64,000 bases of DNA from an uncultured Acidobacteriota bacterium (GTDB lineage: Bacteria; Acidobacteriota; Thermoanaerobaculia; Thermoanaerobaculales; Thermoanaerobaculaceae): positions 69,076 to 133,075 of the forward strand of contig CAVSFK010000004.1 of the NCBI GenBank assembly GCA_963727275.1, in the 5' to 3' direction. Within the stretch, counting starts at the first letter, position 1, and every line of letters begins with the position of its first letter. Under the pieces are notes generated by a model. That model worked only from the letters and a program-made list of their open reading frames with translations, was not told the DNA's origin and made no database searches. Positions 8,190-18,055 of this stretch are shown one piece after another. A program made the translations under genes and the position numbers.

Positions 8190-9446
8190 ATGCGCGCGCT
8201 CGCCCTCATCGTCCGCCTGTTCCGCGGCGCCGCCAAGATCGCCAAGAAGAGGATGATCCTCACGGTCACCGCAATCGCCTGGGGGACCGTAGCGATCATC
8301 CTGCTGCTGTCGTTCGGCGAAGGGCTCCGGCGCAGCCTCGACAAGGGCCGCAAGGGGCTGGGCGAGAGCATCGTCATCATCTGGATGGGCGAGACGGAGA
8401 AGGCGTTCGCCGGGCTGCCCGCGGGGCGGCCGATCCGTCTGATCCCCGACGACGTGGACCTCGTGCTGCGCGGCGTGCCGGAGATCGCCTCCGCCTCCGG
8501 CGAGATGCACAACTGGAACGTGCAGCTCGTGGCCGGCCGCACCGCCCTCAACAAGCGCGTGGTCGGGGTCGAGCCCGCCTACGGCGAGCTGCGGACGAGC
8601 TACCCGCAGCCGGGCGGGCGCTACATCGACGAGCTGGACCAGCGGCTCAAGCGCCGTGTCGTGTTCCTCGGCGACCAGCTCGCCAAGGACCTGTTCGGCC
8701 CCGCGGACCCCGTCGGCCGGACGCTGCTCATCGCCGACACCCCGTTCACGGTCATCGGGGTCCTGCAGAAGAAGCGGCAGATGGGGATGTACGGCGGCCC
8801 CGACGCCGACCGCGCCTCGATCCCGCTCTCCACGTTCGAGGCGATGTTCGGGCGCCGGTTCCTGACCAACCTCGTGTACAAGCCGGCGACCGACGCCCTC
8901 GCTCCGGTCGCCAAGCGCCACCTCATGGAGGTGCTCGGCGCCAAGTACCGCTTCGACCCCGATGACACCCGCGCGCTCTACTTCTGGGACACGATCGCCG
9001 ACTCCAAGATGTTCACCACGATGATGGTCGGCATCGAGCTGTTCCTCGGGATGATCGGCGCCCTCACGCTCATCATCGGCGGCGTCGGGGTGGCCAACAT
9101 CATGTTCGCGGCGGTCACCCATCGGACCCGAGAGATCGGCGTGCAGATGGCCCTCGGGGCGCGCCGGATCTACATCACGGGCTCGATTGTCCTGGAGTCG
9201 CTCGCGCTCACGTTCGCCGGCGGCGTCGCCGGCATCGCGATCGGGGTCACGATCGTTCAGGTCCTGGCGGCGGTGCAGCAGCACGCCAAGAGCGAGGCGA
9301 TGGAGTTTCTCGGGGCGCCGACGATCTCGATCCCGATCGCCGTGACCACGGTCGCGCTGCTCGGGCTGATCGGGCTGCTGGCGGGGTACTTCCCGGCGCG
9401 CCGCGCGGTCTCGGTGCAGCCCGCCGAGGCGCTGCGGTTCGAGTGA
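8190..9446 (+). CDS. ABC transporter permease, MacB/FtsX family (2 of 2)
   Basis: Paralogous architecture (ILTVTAIAWGTVAIILLLSFGEG ... EIGVQMALGA ... AGYFPARRAVSV). The ATG lies 2 nt after the preceding stop. Confidence 0.9.
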   Translation: MRALALIVRLFRGAAKIAKKRMILTVTAIAWGTVAIILLLSFGEGLRRSLDKGRKGLGESIVIIWMGETEKAFAGLPAGRPIRLIPDDVDLVLRGVPEIASASGEMHNWNVQLVAGRTALNKRVVGVEPAYGELRTSYPQPGGRYIDELDQRLKRRVVFLGDQLAKDLFGPADPVGRTLLIADTPFTVIGVLQKKRQMGMYGGPDADRASIPLSTFEAMFGRRFLTNLVYKPATDALAPVAKRHLMEVLGAKYRFDPDDTRALYFWDTIADSKMFTTMMVGIELFLGMIGALTLIIGGVGVANIMFAAVTHRTREIGVQMALGARRIYITGSIVLESLALTFAGGVAGIAIGVTIVQVLAAVQQHAKSEAMEFLGAPTISIPIAVTTVALLGLIGLLAGYFPARRAVSVQPAEALRFE

Positions 9447-9457
9447 AGGAGGACGCG

Positions 9458-10186
9458 ATGTTCGGCAACGGGAACAACCGCAGGGAACGGGCCGACCCGG
9501 ACGGGCCGATCATCGCGCTCGCCGGGGTCCGCAAGGTCTACGACACGGGCGCGATCCAGGTCGAGGCGCTGCGCCGGGTCGACCTCGACGTGCGGCGGAA
9601 CGAGTTCCTCGCGATCGTGGGGCCTTCCGGCTCCGGCAAGTCCACGCTCATGAACATCATCGGCTGCCTGGACACGGCGACCGACGGCTCCTACCGCCTG
9701 CGCGGCGAGGAGGTGGCCGGGATGTCGATCGACCACCTGGCCGACATCCGCAACCGCCGCATCGGCTTCGTGTTCCAAAACTTCAACCTGCTGCCGCAGC
9801 TGTCGGCGTTCGAGAACGTCGAGATGCCGCTGCTGTTCAAGGGGACCCCGAGCCGCGAGCGCCGCGAGCGGGTCGAGGCGCTGTTCGCGCAGGTCGGGCT
9901 CACCGACCGCATGCAGCACCGGCCGGTCGAGCTCTCGGGCGGCCAGATGCAGCGCGTCGCGATCGCCCGCGCCCTCGCGTGCGAGCCCGACATCATCCTC
10001 GCCGACGAGCCGACCGGCAACCTCGACTCCGCGTCCGGGAAGGACATCATCGGGATGTTCGAGGAGCTGTGGGCGAAGGGGCACACGCTCGTGCTGATCA
10101 CGCACGACGCAGCCATCGCGCGGCGCACGCACAGGGTCGTGCGCGTCCAGGACGGCACGGTCGTCACCGACGAGCGCGCGGCGTGA
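9458..10186 (+). CDS. ABC transporter ATP-binding protein (MacB/LolD-like)
   Basis: Walker [11 protein letters not shown]-loop, signature [14 protein letters not shown], Walker [13 protein letters not shown]-loop ITHD. AAGGAGG lies upstream of the ATG at 9458. Confidence 0.92.
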   Translation: MFGNGNNRRERADPDGPIIALAGVRKVYDTGAIQVEALRRVDLDVRRNEFLAIVGPSGSGKSTLMNIIGCLDTATDGSYRLRGEEVAGMSIDHLADIRNRRIGFVFQNFNLLPQLSAFENVEMPLLFKGTPSRERRERVEALFAQVGLTDRMQHRPVELSGGQMQRVAIARALACEPDIILADEPTGNLDSASGKDIIGMFEELWAKGHTLVLITHDAAIARRTHRVVRVQDGTVVTDERAA

Positions 10187-10192
10187 GGGCGG

Positions 10193-10720
10193 CTATTGCG
10201 GGTTGACGCCGACGTACGAGCCGGCGGCGTTGACCGTGTACCAGATCTCATCGGGCTTGCTGGCGAAGCAGCGGCCGAAGTACTCCTCCGCCTTGGCGCG
10301 GTCGCCGTGGAGGTTGTACCAGGCGCCGACCTCGACGAGGTTCCCCTCGTCCTTGGGATCGAGCGCGATCGCCTTCTCGAAGGCGTCCTTGGCCCGATCC
10401 CACTCCTTGGCCTCGAGGTACACGCGGCCCAGGCGCAGCCAGTCGTCCTTCTTGACCTTGCCCGCGAAGACCCGGTCGAAGATCGCCTGGCCCTGGGTCT
10501 TGTCGCCCATGAGGTAATAGACCCGGCCGACCCCGATGTTCTCCCAGCTCCCCTTGCCCGCCTGCTTGAGCGCCACGGTCAGCAGGCCGAGCGCGGCGTC
10601 CTTCGGGCTCTGCCCCGCGTACATCATCTTCTCCACCTTGCTTCCGGCCGAGCCCGCGACGCCCACGACCACGCCGAGGACGAACGTCGCCAACGCCAGC
10701 ACCACGTGCTTCCGCTTCAT
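10193..10720 (-). CDS. secreted TPR-repeat protein
   Basis: Signal/anchor [26 protein letters not shown]-like repeats ([45 protein letters not shown]). Confidence 0.7.
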   Translation of the reverse strand: MKRKHVVLALATFVLGVVVGVAGSAGSKVEKMMYAGQSPKDAALGLLTVALKQAGKGSWENIGVGRVYYLMGDKTQGQAIFDRVFAGKVKKDDWLRLGRVYLEAKEWDRAKDAFEKAIALDPKDEGNLVEVGAWYNLHGDRAKAEEYFGRCFASKPDEIWYTVNAAGSYVGVNPQ

Positions 10721-10824
10721 GTTGGCCTCCAGGTGGCCGAACAATAGACCGTGTCTCGCCGGCAGACAAGGGAGCGCCCCCGGGGTTCGGGGGCGCTCGA
10801 CCGATGCGGTCGCCTGCCCCCGCC

Positions 10825-11160
10825 TCAAGGCCGCTGCCGCGCTCCGTTGTGCTTCGCCCTGTAGATGTTGCGCGAGAGCCCGTTCTGCTGGCGGTTGACG
10901 AGGGCGCGATCCCGGCGGGTCAGGGCGCCGCCGTTGACCTGCCGCATTCCGCGGATCTCGCGGTTCAACCCCGCCTCGCGACGCTCCAGGCGCGTCGCCT
11001 CGCCGGCGGTGAGCCGGCCGCTCGCGATCCCCTGGGCGATGCGGTCCTGCTGGTTGTCCTTGCGTTGCCGGATCGTGGAATCGGCGCGAGCCGCGGCCGC
11101 CGTCAGGCTTGCCGCCAGCGCGACCGCCCCCCCTACGCATAGAACCCTGAGTCCGATCAC
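10825..11160 (-). CDS. small secreted hypothetical protein (basic, Gln/Arg-rich)
   Basis: A signal peptide ending AAARADS, followed by RQRKDNQQDRIAQGIASGRLTAGEATRLERRE...NRQQNGLSRNIYRAKHN. No function assignable. Confidence 0.55.
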   Translation of the reverse strand: MIGLRVLCVGGAVALAASLTAAAARADSTIRQRKDNQQDRIAQGIASGRLTAGEATRLERREAGLNREIRGMRQVNGGALTRRDRALVNRQQNGLSRNIYRAKHNGARQRP

Positions 11161-11359
11161 GGGTGCCTCCCTTCACGCCCACAGACGCGCGGCGCGGCCG
11201 GCCGTTGACGGCGCGGGGCGGCCAAGGGGTCGCCGTGTGACCTCGCCCACACGACGCCTGCCGGGAGATCGCGGCGTTCACCGACGATGACCGTGGCGGC
11301 TGCACACCGGGGGCGCCGAGCGCCGGCGTTCGGGGTTACCGTGCGCGCGGAGGTGGCGC

Positions 11360-11782
11360 GTGAGGTCCCTGACCCGGTACCTGACCATGGACGTCCCGGC
11401 GCGGATGGAGTTCGTCAACATCACGGGCGACGTGGAGGCGTCGGTCCGCGAGAGCGGCGTGCAGGAGGGTCTGTGTCTGGTCAACGCCATGCACATCACC
11501 GCCTCGGTGTTCATCAACGACGACGAGCCGGGCCTCCACGAGGACTACAAGCGGTGGCTGGAGCAGCTCGCGCCGTACGACCCGTCGCCGCAGCGCTACC
11601 GGCACAACCGCACCGGAGAGGACAACGGCGATGCCCACCACAAGCGGCAGGTGATGGGGCGCGAGGTGGTCGTCGCCGTCACCGGTGGCAAGCTCGACTT
11701 CGGCCCCTGGGAGCGCATCTTCTACGGGGAGTTCGACGGCCGGCGAGCCAAGCGCGTGTTGATCAAGATCATCGGCGAGTGA
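11360..11782 (+). CDS. yjbQ: YjbQ/UPF0047 family protein (secondary thiamine-phosphate synthase-like)
   Basis: Strong family motifs: [75 protein letters not shown]. Confidence 0.85.
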   Translation: MRSLTRYLTMDVPARMEFVNITGDVEASVRESGVQEGLCLVNAMHITASVFINDDEPGLHEDYKRWLEQLAPYDPSPQRYRHNRTGEDNGDAHHKRQVMGREVVVAVTGGKLDFGPWERIFYGEFDGRRAKRVLIKIIGE

Positions 11783-11900
11783 GGGCCGCCGGAGCCGGGC
11801 CGGCGGCGGGGGCGGGAAGCCGGACGACATCGCGACCGGGATCACCCTCGGGCACGGCCGGGGCGCCGTCACGATCGCCGCGCGCTCGAACGACTCGGCG

Positions 11901-12728
11901 TCACGCGGGGCGCGTTCCGTGGCCGGGTTCCCGGCGAGAGAAGCGCCCTCGATTCACGAGCCGCGCCAGCAGGCGGGGCGTATACCGGGCGAGGGCCACG
12001 GCCACCTTCCCGTGCGCGGTCACGATCAGCTCCCGCCGGCGCCCCGCGAGCGCGCCGGCGATCCGGCGGGCCGCCTTCTCGGCGGGCATGACGAGCCAGG
12101 CCGGCGCAGGGTCGCGGGCGCCGGGGTGGAGAACGCCTCGATTGTCGACCTGGCGGAACTCGCTCGCGACGAAACCCGGCGTGATCAGCACCACGCCGAT
12201 GCCTCGGGGCGCCAGCTCGCCGCGCAACGCCGCGGCCAGCGCGCGTATCGCGGCCTTGCTCATCGCGTACGCCGAGGCGCCGGGCGCCGCGACGTATCCC
12301 GCCACGCTGCCGATGATCGCCAGGACGCCGCGGGTGCGCGTCAGCTCGTCGAGCGCGGCGCGGGCGGTCAGCAGGACGCCGAAGACGTTGGTCTCGAACT
12401 GGCGCCGGTAGTCGGCGAGCGCCAGCTCGGCAAACCTGCCCGCGACCCCGAAACCGGCGTTGGCGACCACGACGTCGAGGCCGCCGAACTCGGCGGTCGA
12501 GGCGGCCACGGCGCGTTCGAGATCGCCGTCCCGGGTGACGTCGCAAACGAAGGGGAAGGCGCGGCCGCCGCCGCTGCGGATCTCGTCGGCCAGAGCGTCG
12601 AGTCGCTCGGCGCGCCTCGCGAGCAGCGCCACGGACGCGCCCCGGCTCGCGCACTCGCGGGCCAGCGCAGCCCCGATGCCCGAGGAGGCCCCGGTGATGA
12701 GCACGGTCTTGCCGGTGAGCCGTTTCAC
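11901..12728 (-). CDS. SDR-family oxidoreductase
   Basis: TGASSGIG cofactor motif, NAG, and catalytic S...YAMSK. GTG start at VKRLTGKTVLITG; the longer ORF extension is rejected. Confidence 0.85.
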   Translation of the reverse strand: MKRLTGKTVLITGASSGIGAALARECASRGASVALLARRAERLDALADEIRSGGGRAFPFVCDVTRDGDLERAVAASTAEFGGLDVVVANAGFGVAGRFAELALADYRRQFETNVFGVLLTARAALDELTRTRGVLAIIGSVAGYVAAPGASAYAMSKAAIRALAAALRGELAPRGIGVVLITPGFVASEFRQVDNRGVLHPGARDPAPAWLVMPAEKAARRIAGALAGRRRELIVTAHGKVAVALARYTPRLLARLVNRGRFSRREPGHGTRPA

Positions 12729-12750
12729 CCTGGCGGTCCGGACGCGGGCT

Positions 12751-14217
12751 CTACTCGCCGAAGTGCTCGATCGTTCGCAGGATCGCCTGCTGGCAGACCC
12801 GACAGAACGGTTTGACGCCCTTGGTGAACATGATGCAGTCGAGCATCGGGCGGTACAGCCCCTCGGCCGCGTACCCGGCGCCCGCGAACGCACCCACCTG
12901 GCCCACGAACGCCGATTTCGCGAGGTACGCGTCGACCCTCGCGGCGTGCTCGCGCGAGAGGACCTCCCCCTCGTCCTGCATGCGCTCGACCTCGGCCCGG
13001 GGCGCCCCGCCGCGTTTGGCGGCCGCGATCCGGCCGTTGAGCTGCTCCCGCACCTTCTGGTAGGCGAGATCCATGGTATCGAACTCGGACTTCTCCCAGG
13101 GGGTCGGGATCGGCGTACCGGGCGTCACGAGCGATTTCCACTTGAGGTTGGACGGCTCGAGGAGCGCGGTGACGTTGGGGGCGTCGGGCTCGACCCCTCT
13201 CGGGTAGAAGTCGGAGTAGGCCACCGACGACGTGTAGTATTCGTCGGCGAGGCCGGCGAAGGCGTGCCCGAACTCGTGCAGGAAGACGTAGGGCGACCAC
13301 TGGTTGTCGGCGGTGAAGGTGCAGTAGAGGTTGTAGATCCCGCCGCCGCCGTAGCGCGCGGAGTTGACCATGACGAGGATCGCGTCGTAGGGGACGTGGG
13401 CCGCGAGGTCGCGCAGCCGCCGGTTCTCCTCGGTCAGCAGGTAGCGTTCCGATCCCAGCGAGTCGAACGTCGCGCCCAGGGCGGTGTTGCGGTGCTGGCC
13501 CCAGCTCGGCTCCGAGGACCCGCTCTCCTGGGAGGGCGTGAACACGCCGTAGAAGTTGAAGCGGTCCTTGTGCCCGGCGTACGGCTCCTGGCGGAAGAAG
13601 ACCCCCACGAAGCGCTCGAGATCGGCGCGGAACTTCTTCTCCTCGGCGATCGTGTAGCCCTCGGCGAGGACCGCCACGTCGACCTTCGCGTGGGGGTCGC
13701 CGCTGTGCCAGGCGTTCACGATCGTGACGCCCGCGTCCGGCGGCGCCGTCACGACCGAGGTCGCGGATGGGTCGACCTCGTTCGTGAAGATCTCCTTTAG
13801 GCTGCCGTCGCGCTGCCGGACCGAGATGGCGAACCGCACGGGCCGCTTCGGGCACGGGAGGAGGACCGATTCGTGGAACGTCCGCCGGACGCCCTTCTCG
13901 GCCGCCGGGGTCGTCCGGTACTCCCCGAAGTAGCTGTCGTACCCCTTCGAGTACAGTAGGGTGCCGGTGGCGGGGTCGGCGACCGTGGCGAGGTATCGCC
14001 CGACGCCGAGCGGGTCGGTGAGGTGGCGGCGACTTCCGGCCCAGGGGCCCTGCCGGAGGACGCGGTCGAGGGTCACGACCTCCTCGGTCGCGTTGCCCGT
14101 GTGATAGGTGTCGACACGCAGCGTGACGTCGATGAACACGTCGTCGAAGGCTACGGGCTGCACGGCGGACAGGGGCGCGGCGAGCGCCAGGGCGGCGAGG
14201 ACGGCGGCGTGCATCAT
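12751..14217 (-). CDS. M64-family (IgA-peptidase-like) zinc metallopeptidase, secreted
   Basis: Signal peptide MMHAAVLAALALAAPLSA, zinc motif HEFGHAFAGLADEY, and family-typical GGGGIYN. The 861-aa ORF upstream extension is read-through antisense to ispG. Confidence 0.8.
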   Translation of the reverse strand: MMHAAVLAALALAAPLSAVQPVAFDDVFIDVTLRVDTYHTGNATEEVVTLDRVLRQGPWAGSRRHLTDPLGVGRYLATVADPATGTLLYSKGYDSYFGEYRTTPAAEKGVRRTFHESVLLPCPKRPVRFAISVRQRDGSLKEIFTNEVDPSATSVVTAPPDAGVTIVNAWHSGDPHAKVDVAVLAEGYTIAEEKKFRADLERFVGVFFRQEPYAGHKDRFNFYGVFTPSQESGSSEPSWGQHRNTALGATFDSLGSERYLLTEENRRLRDLAAHVPYDAILVMVNSARYGGGGIYNLYCTFTADNQWSPYVFLHEFGHAFAGLADEYYTSSVAYSDFYPRGVEPDAPNVTALLEPSNLKWKSLVTPGTPIPTPWEKSEFDTMDLAYQKVREQLNGRIAAAKRGGAPRAEVERMQDEGEVLSREHAARVDAYLAKSAFVGQVGAFAGAGYAAEGLYRPMLDCIMFTKGVKPFCRVCQQAILRTIEHFGE

Positions 14218-14288
14218 GGGGCCCTCCGCGCGCCATGGTAGCCCACGCGGGCTCGAGCGGGGCGCTCGGGCGCCGTTGTCGGGCCCGC

Positions 14289-15575
14289 TTACGGTATCGG
14301 CTGCGCAGCGTCGGCGCCACCGGCCGCGGACCCAAGGGCGGCGATCGCCCGCGTCCTCGGGTACTTCGTGGCGACGTACTCGTCGACCAGGGCGGCGAAC
14401 GCGACGGCGAGCTGCTCCTCGGTGCCCTTGAGCGTGGTGAACTTCTGCCCGTCGATGAACACGGGGCACGAGGGGGCCTCGCCGGTGCCCGGGAGGGAAA
14501 TGCCGATGTTGGCGGCCCTCGACTCGCCGGGGCCGTTGACGACGCACCCCATCACGGCCAGGCGCAGCGTCTCGACGCCGTCGTACGCCCGCTTCCACTC
14601 GGGCATCTTGTCGCGCACGTGTTTCTCGATGCGTTCGGCGAGCGCCTGGAACGTGCTGCTCGTGGTGCGTCCGCACCCCGGGCACGCGGTCACCGAAGGG
14701 TTGAACGCGCGCAGTCCGAGCGCCTGCAGCAGCTCGCACGCGGCGATGACCTCGTCGCGGCGGTCTCCGCCCGGCCGGGGGGTGAGCGACACCCGGATCG
14801 TGTCCCCGATCCCCTCGCCGAGCAGGACGCCGATGGCCGATGCGGACCACACGAGGCCCTTGATCCCCATCCCCGCCTCGGTGAGTCCGAGGTGGAGCGG
14901 CTGCTCGGTGCGGGCCGCGAGATCCCGGTAGACGGCGATCAGCTCGCGCGGCTGGGAGAGCTTGCAGGAGATCACGACCTGGTCGCGGCGCAGCCCGGAC
15001 GCCAGCGCGAGTTCGGTGGACTGCAGCGCCGAAGCCACCATGCACTCGTTGACGATGGCCTCCGACGTCTTGCCCAGCCCACGGTCGGTGTTCTCCGCCA
15101 TCCTCGCCGTCAGGAGCTCCTGGTTGAGCGAACCGGCGTTGACGCCGATGCGGACCGGTTTCCCGTTGTCGACCGCGATCCTGCAGATGGCGGCGAATTG
15201 CTCGTCGCGCTTGGCGCCGTGGCCGACGTTGCCGGGGTTGATGCGGTACTTGGCGAGGGCGTCGGCGCACGCGGGGAAGTCGCGGAGCAGCGTGTGGCCG
15301 TTGTAGTGGAAGTCCCCGACCAGCGGCACCTCGCACCCGGCGCCGTCGAGGCGAGCGCGGATCTCGGACACGGCGGCCGCGGCCTCGGGCAGGTTGACCG
15401 TGACGCGCACGAGCTCCGAGCCTGCCTCGGCCAGCTCGAGCGCCTGCTTCACGGTGCGGGCGACGTCCGCGGTGTCGGTCGAGGTCATCGACTGCACGAC
15501 GACGGGCGCGCCGCCCCCGATCTGGACGCGGCCGACCTTGACGCCGACCGTCGAACGACGGTTGATCGCCTGCAT
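14289..15575 (-). CDS. ispG: 4-hydroxy-3-methylbut-2-enyl diphosphate synthase (flavodoxin)
   Basis: [38 protein letters not shown] and GCVVNGPGE motifs, with the long insertion-domain form. Start is placed at MQAINRR; the ORF is open to 15641. Confidence 0.9.
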   Translation of the reverse strand: MQAINRRSTVGVKVGRVQIGGGAPVVVQSMTSTDTADVARTVKQALELAEAGSELVRVTVNLPEAAAAVSEIRARLDGAGCEVPLVGDFHYNGHTLLRDFPACADALAKYRINPGNVGHGAKRDEQFAAICRIAVDNGKPVRIGVNAGSLNQELLTARMAENTDRGLGKTSEAIVNECMVASALQSTELALASGLRRDQVVISCKLSQPRELIAVYRDLAARTEQPLHLGLTEAGMGIKGLVWSASAIGVLLGEGIGDTIRVSLTPRPGGDRRDEVIAACELLQALGLRAFNPSVTACPGCGRTTSSTFQALAERIEKHVRDKMPEWKRAYDGVETLRLAVMGCVVNGPGESRAANIGISLPGTGEAPSCPVFIDGQKFTTLKGTEEQLAVAFAALVDEYVATKYPRTRAIAALGSAAGGADAAQPIP

Positions 15576-15660
15576 GGGTTCGAGGACCTCCGGGGCGCTG
15601 CCGGCCCCTGCCGACGGCAACGCTACAGGCGGGGCGTTCATGCCGTCAAGGCGTGCCGGC

Positions 15661-16035
15661 TCAGCCGTTCGCCGCCGCCCCGGGCTCCGCCGCCTGGGCG
15701 TGGACGGCGGCCATGTCGAGCGCCTTCACCTGGCCGATGAGGTCCTCGAGCGCCTCGGCGGGCAGCATCCCGGGCTGGGCGAACACGAGGACTTTCTCGC
15801 GGAAGATCGCGAGCGTGGGGATCGAGCGGATCCCGAACTCGGCGGCCAGCGCCTGCTGCGCCTCGGTGTCGCACGATGCGAACGCGATCTCGGGGTGGGC
15901 CTCGGCCGCCGCCTCGAAGATCGGCTTGAACGCCCGGCAGGGACCGCACCACGACGCCCAGAAGTCGATGAGGACGATCGAGTTGCCCTCGATCGTGTCG
16001 TTGAAGTTGTCCAGGGTGAGCTCTTTCGCTGCCAT
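15661..16035 (-). CDS. trxA: thioredoxin
   Basis: Active site [10 protein letters not shown], followed by IRSIPTL. Confidence 0.92.
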   Translation of the reverse strand: MAAKELTLDNFNDTIEGNSIVLIDFWASWCGPCRAFKPIFEAAAEAHPEIAFASCDTEAQQALAAEFGIRSIPTLAIFREKVLVFAQPGMLPAEALEDLIGQVKALDMAAVHAQAAEPGAAANG

Positions 16036-16101
16036 GAGTCCTCCTCGATGGCGATTGAGGCCGAGACGTAGGCTCCAATCACTTAATCGCCATTGAGTAA
16101 T

Positions 16102-16130
16102 AATATAGGCGCGACCGTTGCCCGCGTCAA
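16102..16130 (-). promoter_or_regulatory. sigma-70-type promoter for trxA (TTGACG-17 nt-TATATT)
   Basis: The reverse strand reads TTGACGcgggcaacggtcgcgccTATATT inside a conspicuous AT-rich island about 65 nt upstream of the trxA ATG. Confidence 0.5.
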
Positions 16131-16184
16131 GGCCCCAGGCGACCGGAGATGCCCCCCTCGTTTCCAGGAGGCGTTCCGCGTGCG

Positions 16185-16769
16185 TCAGGGACCGTCGTGG
16201 GCGGCCTGCCAGCGCGCGCCGTAGCTCGCCCAGACACGCTCCGGATCGAGCCCCAGCTCGTGGGCATACGCCATCACGAACCCGCGGACGAACACCCGCT
16301 CGGGCAGCGCCGCGAACGACTCCGACTCGAGGTGCTGCAGGAGCGCCTGCCGGATGCGGGTGCGGCCGGCAACCTCCGCGAGCGTGAGACCGCGCGCCTC
16401 CCGCAGCTGCCGCAGGAGGTCGCCGGTGAACTCGGTCGTGGGGCCGACCACGGGCGGTTGTTCCGATGACGACTCCGGGTTCCGGTCGCCGTCCTGGGAG
16501 GCGGCGACGCTCGCCGGCGGGAGGTCGTCCGTCGGCGGCAACACCGGCGCCTCGCTTCCTCCCAGCCCTGCCAGCAGCGTGAGATAGGCGGCGCGCAGGT
16601 GCTGTCGGAGCGCGTCCTGCTCCGAGGGATCCGCCACGGAGTAGAGCGCGAGCGCCCCGGGCGCGAGCTGGGACGAGAGGCGCTCGTACGCGCGCCGCAC
16701 CTCCTCGACCGTCGCCTCGGGCGCGATCCCGAGCAGCTCCCATGGCGTCTGGCGACCGAACGGCTTCAC
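16185..16769 (-). CDS. J-like domain / RodZ-type HTH (HTH_25-like) protein
   Basis: The N-terminus WELLGIAPEATVEEVRRAYERLSSQL resembles J-domain helices I-II but lacks HPD. The C-terminus LRQLREARGLTLAEVAGRTRIRQALLQHLESESFAALPERVFVRGFVMAYAHELGLDP is RodZ-like HTH. The GTG start overlaps the upstream stop (GTGA). Confidence 0.65.
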   Translation of the reverse strand: MKPFGRQTPWELLGIAPEATVEEVRRAYERLSSQLAPGALALYSVADPSEQDALRQHLRAAYLTLLAGLGGSEAPVLPPTDDLPPASVAASQDGDRNPESSSEQPPVVGPTTEFTGDLLRQLREARGLTLAEVAGRTRIRQALLQHLESESFAALPERVFVRGFVMAYAHELGLDPERVWASYGARWQAAHDGP

Positions 16770-17794
16770 GGCAGCGCCTCGCTGGCGACCGGCAGCTCGA
16801 CGAGGCGCCCGGCCACGGCCGCGAGGTCGAGGGCGAACGGCTTCCCAAGCTTCTCGAGCAACATCGGCTGGTGCGCGCGTACCGCGCGCCATACCTGCTC
16901 GTAGTGGCCCAGGTGTCCGAGGTACGCCAGCTCGACCCCGAACAGCCGGCGTGCGGCCTCGCACATCCCTTCGCCCAGGGTGAGGTCCTTGGGCTCGCGC
17001 ACCTGGTTGACGAGGAGGAGCGGCCGGAAGGTGGCCATCTCGCGCTCGAGCGCGGCACCGGCGGCGGCGTCGCGCTGGACCACGGCCTGCACCATTTCGG
17101 CGGGGACCAGCGGGCGTTGGCCGCGCGCTTGCGTCACCTCCTGGATGAGCTCCCGGATTCCGAACGCGGCGTCCATCGCCTTGACCCGGCGCAGGAAGGC
17201 CGCCTTCAAGAACCGGTAGGCGTTCTCGACCGAGGTGGGTTCCGGGACGATGACCAGGATGCCGTGGTGCGCGAGGAGGAAGAAGTCCACGACGTTGTAG
17301 TGGGTGCCCGCCCCGAGGTCGAGGACCGCCGCGTCGGCGTCGAGCCGCTGGAGCGCACGCAGCAGCCGGAGCTTCTGCTGGTGCAGGGGGTTGGCGACCT
17401 GGATCGCGTTGCGCGCGCCGGAGATCAAGCCGAGGCCCGGCACCGGGGTGGGGACCACCAGCTGGGCCAGGCTGTCGGCCCGCCGCAGGACGAAGTCCGA
17501 GAGGGTCTCGCGCGGGTACTCCATGCCGAGGAAACTGTGGAGATTGGGGCCGCCGAGGTCGCAGTCCACCAGGACGACGCGGAGCCCGCGCCGGACCAGC
17601 TCGATGGCGAGGGTGACGGCCACGAGGCTCTTGCCGATCCCGCCCTTGCCGCCGCCGATCGCGATGATGCGGTGCGGGGTCCGCGTCGGGCTCGGCTGGC
17701 GGTGCACGTGGCCCGGGACCGGCTCCGGCGCCTTGGGGAGGCGAGAGGTCGCCGGCGCGCCGGCGCCCCTGGCGGTCCGGTTCGGGGTGCTCAT
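16766..17794 (-). CDS. MinD/ParA-family P-loop ATPase
   Basis: Deviant Walker A IAIGGGKGGIGKS, VLVDCDLGGPN, Walker B-like AVLDLGAG. Start at MSTPNRT; the 404-aa ORF extension is rejected. Confidence 0.8.
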   Translation of the reverse strand: MSTPNRTARGAGAPATSRLPKAPEPVPGHVHRQPSPTRTPHRIIAIGGGKGGIGKSLVAVTLAIELVRRGLRVVLVDCDLGGPNLHSFLGMEYPRETLSDFVLRRADSLAQLVVPTPVPGLGLISGARNAIQVANPLHQQKLRLLRALQRLDADAAVLDLGAGTHYNVVDFFLLAHHGILVIVPEPTSVENAYRFLKAAFLRRVKAMDAAFGIRELIQEVTQARGQRPLVPAEMVQAVVQRDAAAGAALEREMATFRPLLLVNQVREPKDLTLGEGMCEAARRLFGVELAYLGHLGHYEQVWRAVRAHQPMLLEKLGKPFALDLAAVAGRLVELPVASEALP

Positions 17795-17973
17795 CGCCGT
17801 CCGGCGGTCGCGGGATGGGCGCAGGTGGGACGCTCGATCCGCTCGTCCCAGCGGCGGCGTCCGTGGGGCGCCGTGCACCGCGCCCGCGCACCCGGGCGGC
17901 TCGGAGCCGACTGCATGGTTAGATGCTAGCACGCACTCGCAACAGCACTTCGGCCTTGTCCCGGAGAATGCGC

Positions 17974-18020
17974 TTGACAATCCGATGATGGCGAATTACT
18001 GTACTACATCAGTGGTACAG
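17974..18020 (+). promoter_or_regulatory. sigma-70-type promoter (TTGACA-17 nt-TACTGT) with an overlapping imperfect palindrome TGTACTAC-ATCA-GTGGTACA (putative GntR/YtrA operator)
   Basis: -35 at 17974-17979 and -10 at 17997-18002. The palindrome at about 18000-18019 is a 7/8 match between arms. It sits in an AT-rich island about 40 nt upstream of the GntR start. Confidence 0.5.
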
Positions 18021-18055
18021 CATACGCGAGGCGCCGCGCAGAGAAGGGTGGCGGG

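Noticed and set aside
5381-9446. The long ORFs 5381-6871 (minus, 496 aa) and 6618-9446 (plus, 942 aa) as real large proteins with 23-aa repeats
   Set aside because: Their repeat-containing parts are simply read-through of the 69-bp (3 x 23) tandem repeat, which is open in all frames. The minus ORF is antisense to the well-supported adaptor gene. The plus ORF's genuine part begins at 8190.
12751-15336. An 861-aa ORF as a giant M64 peptidase fusion
   Set aside because: Everything upstream of MMHAAVLAALALAAPLSA (14217) is antisense read-through of ispG with low-complexity composition. A signal peptide marks the real start.
16185-16769. Calling the 194-aa protein a DnaJ co-chaperone
   Set aside because: Only helices I-II resemblance is seen. 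The HPD motif essential for Hsp70 stimulation is absent, and there is no G/F or zinc-finger region.
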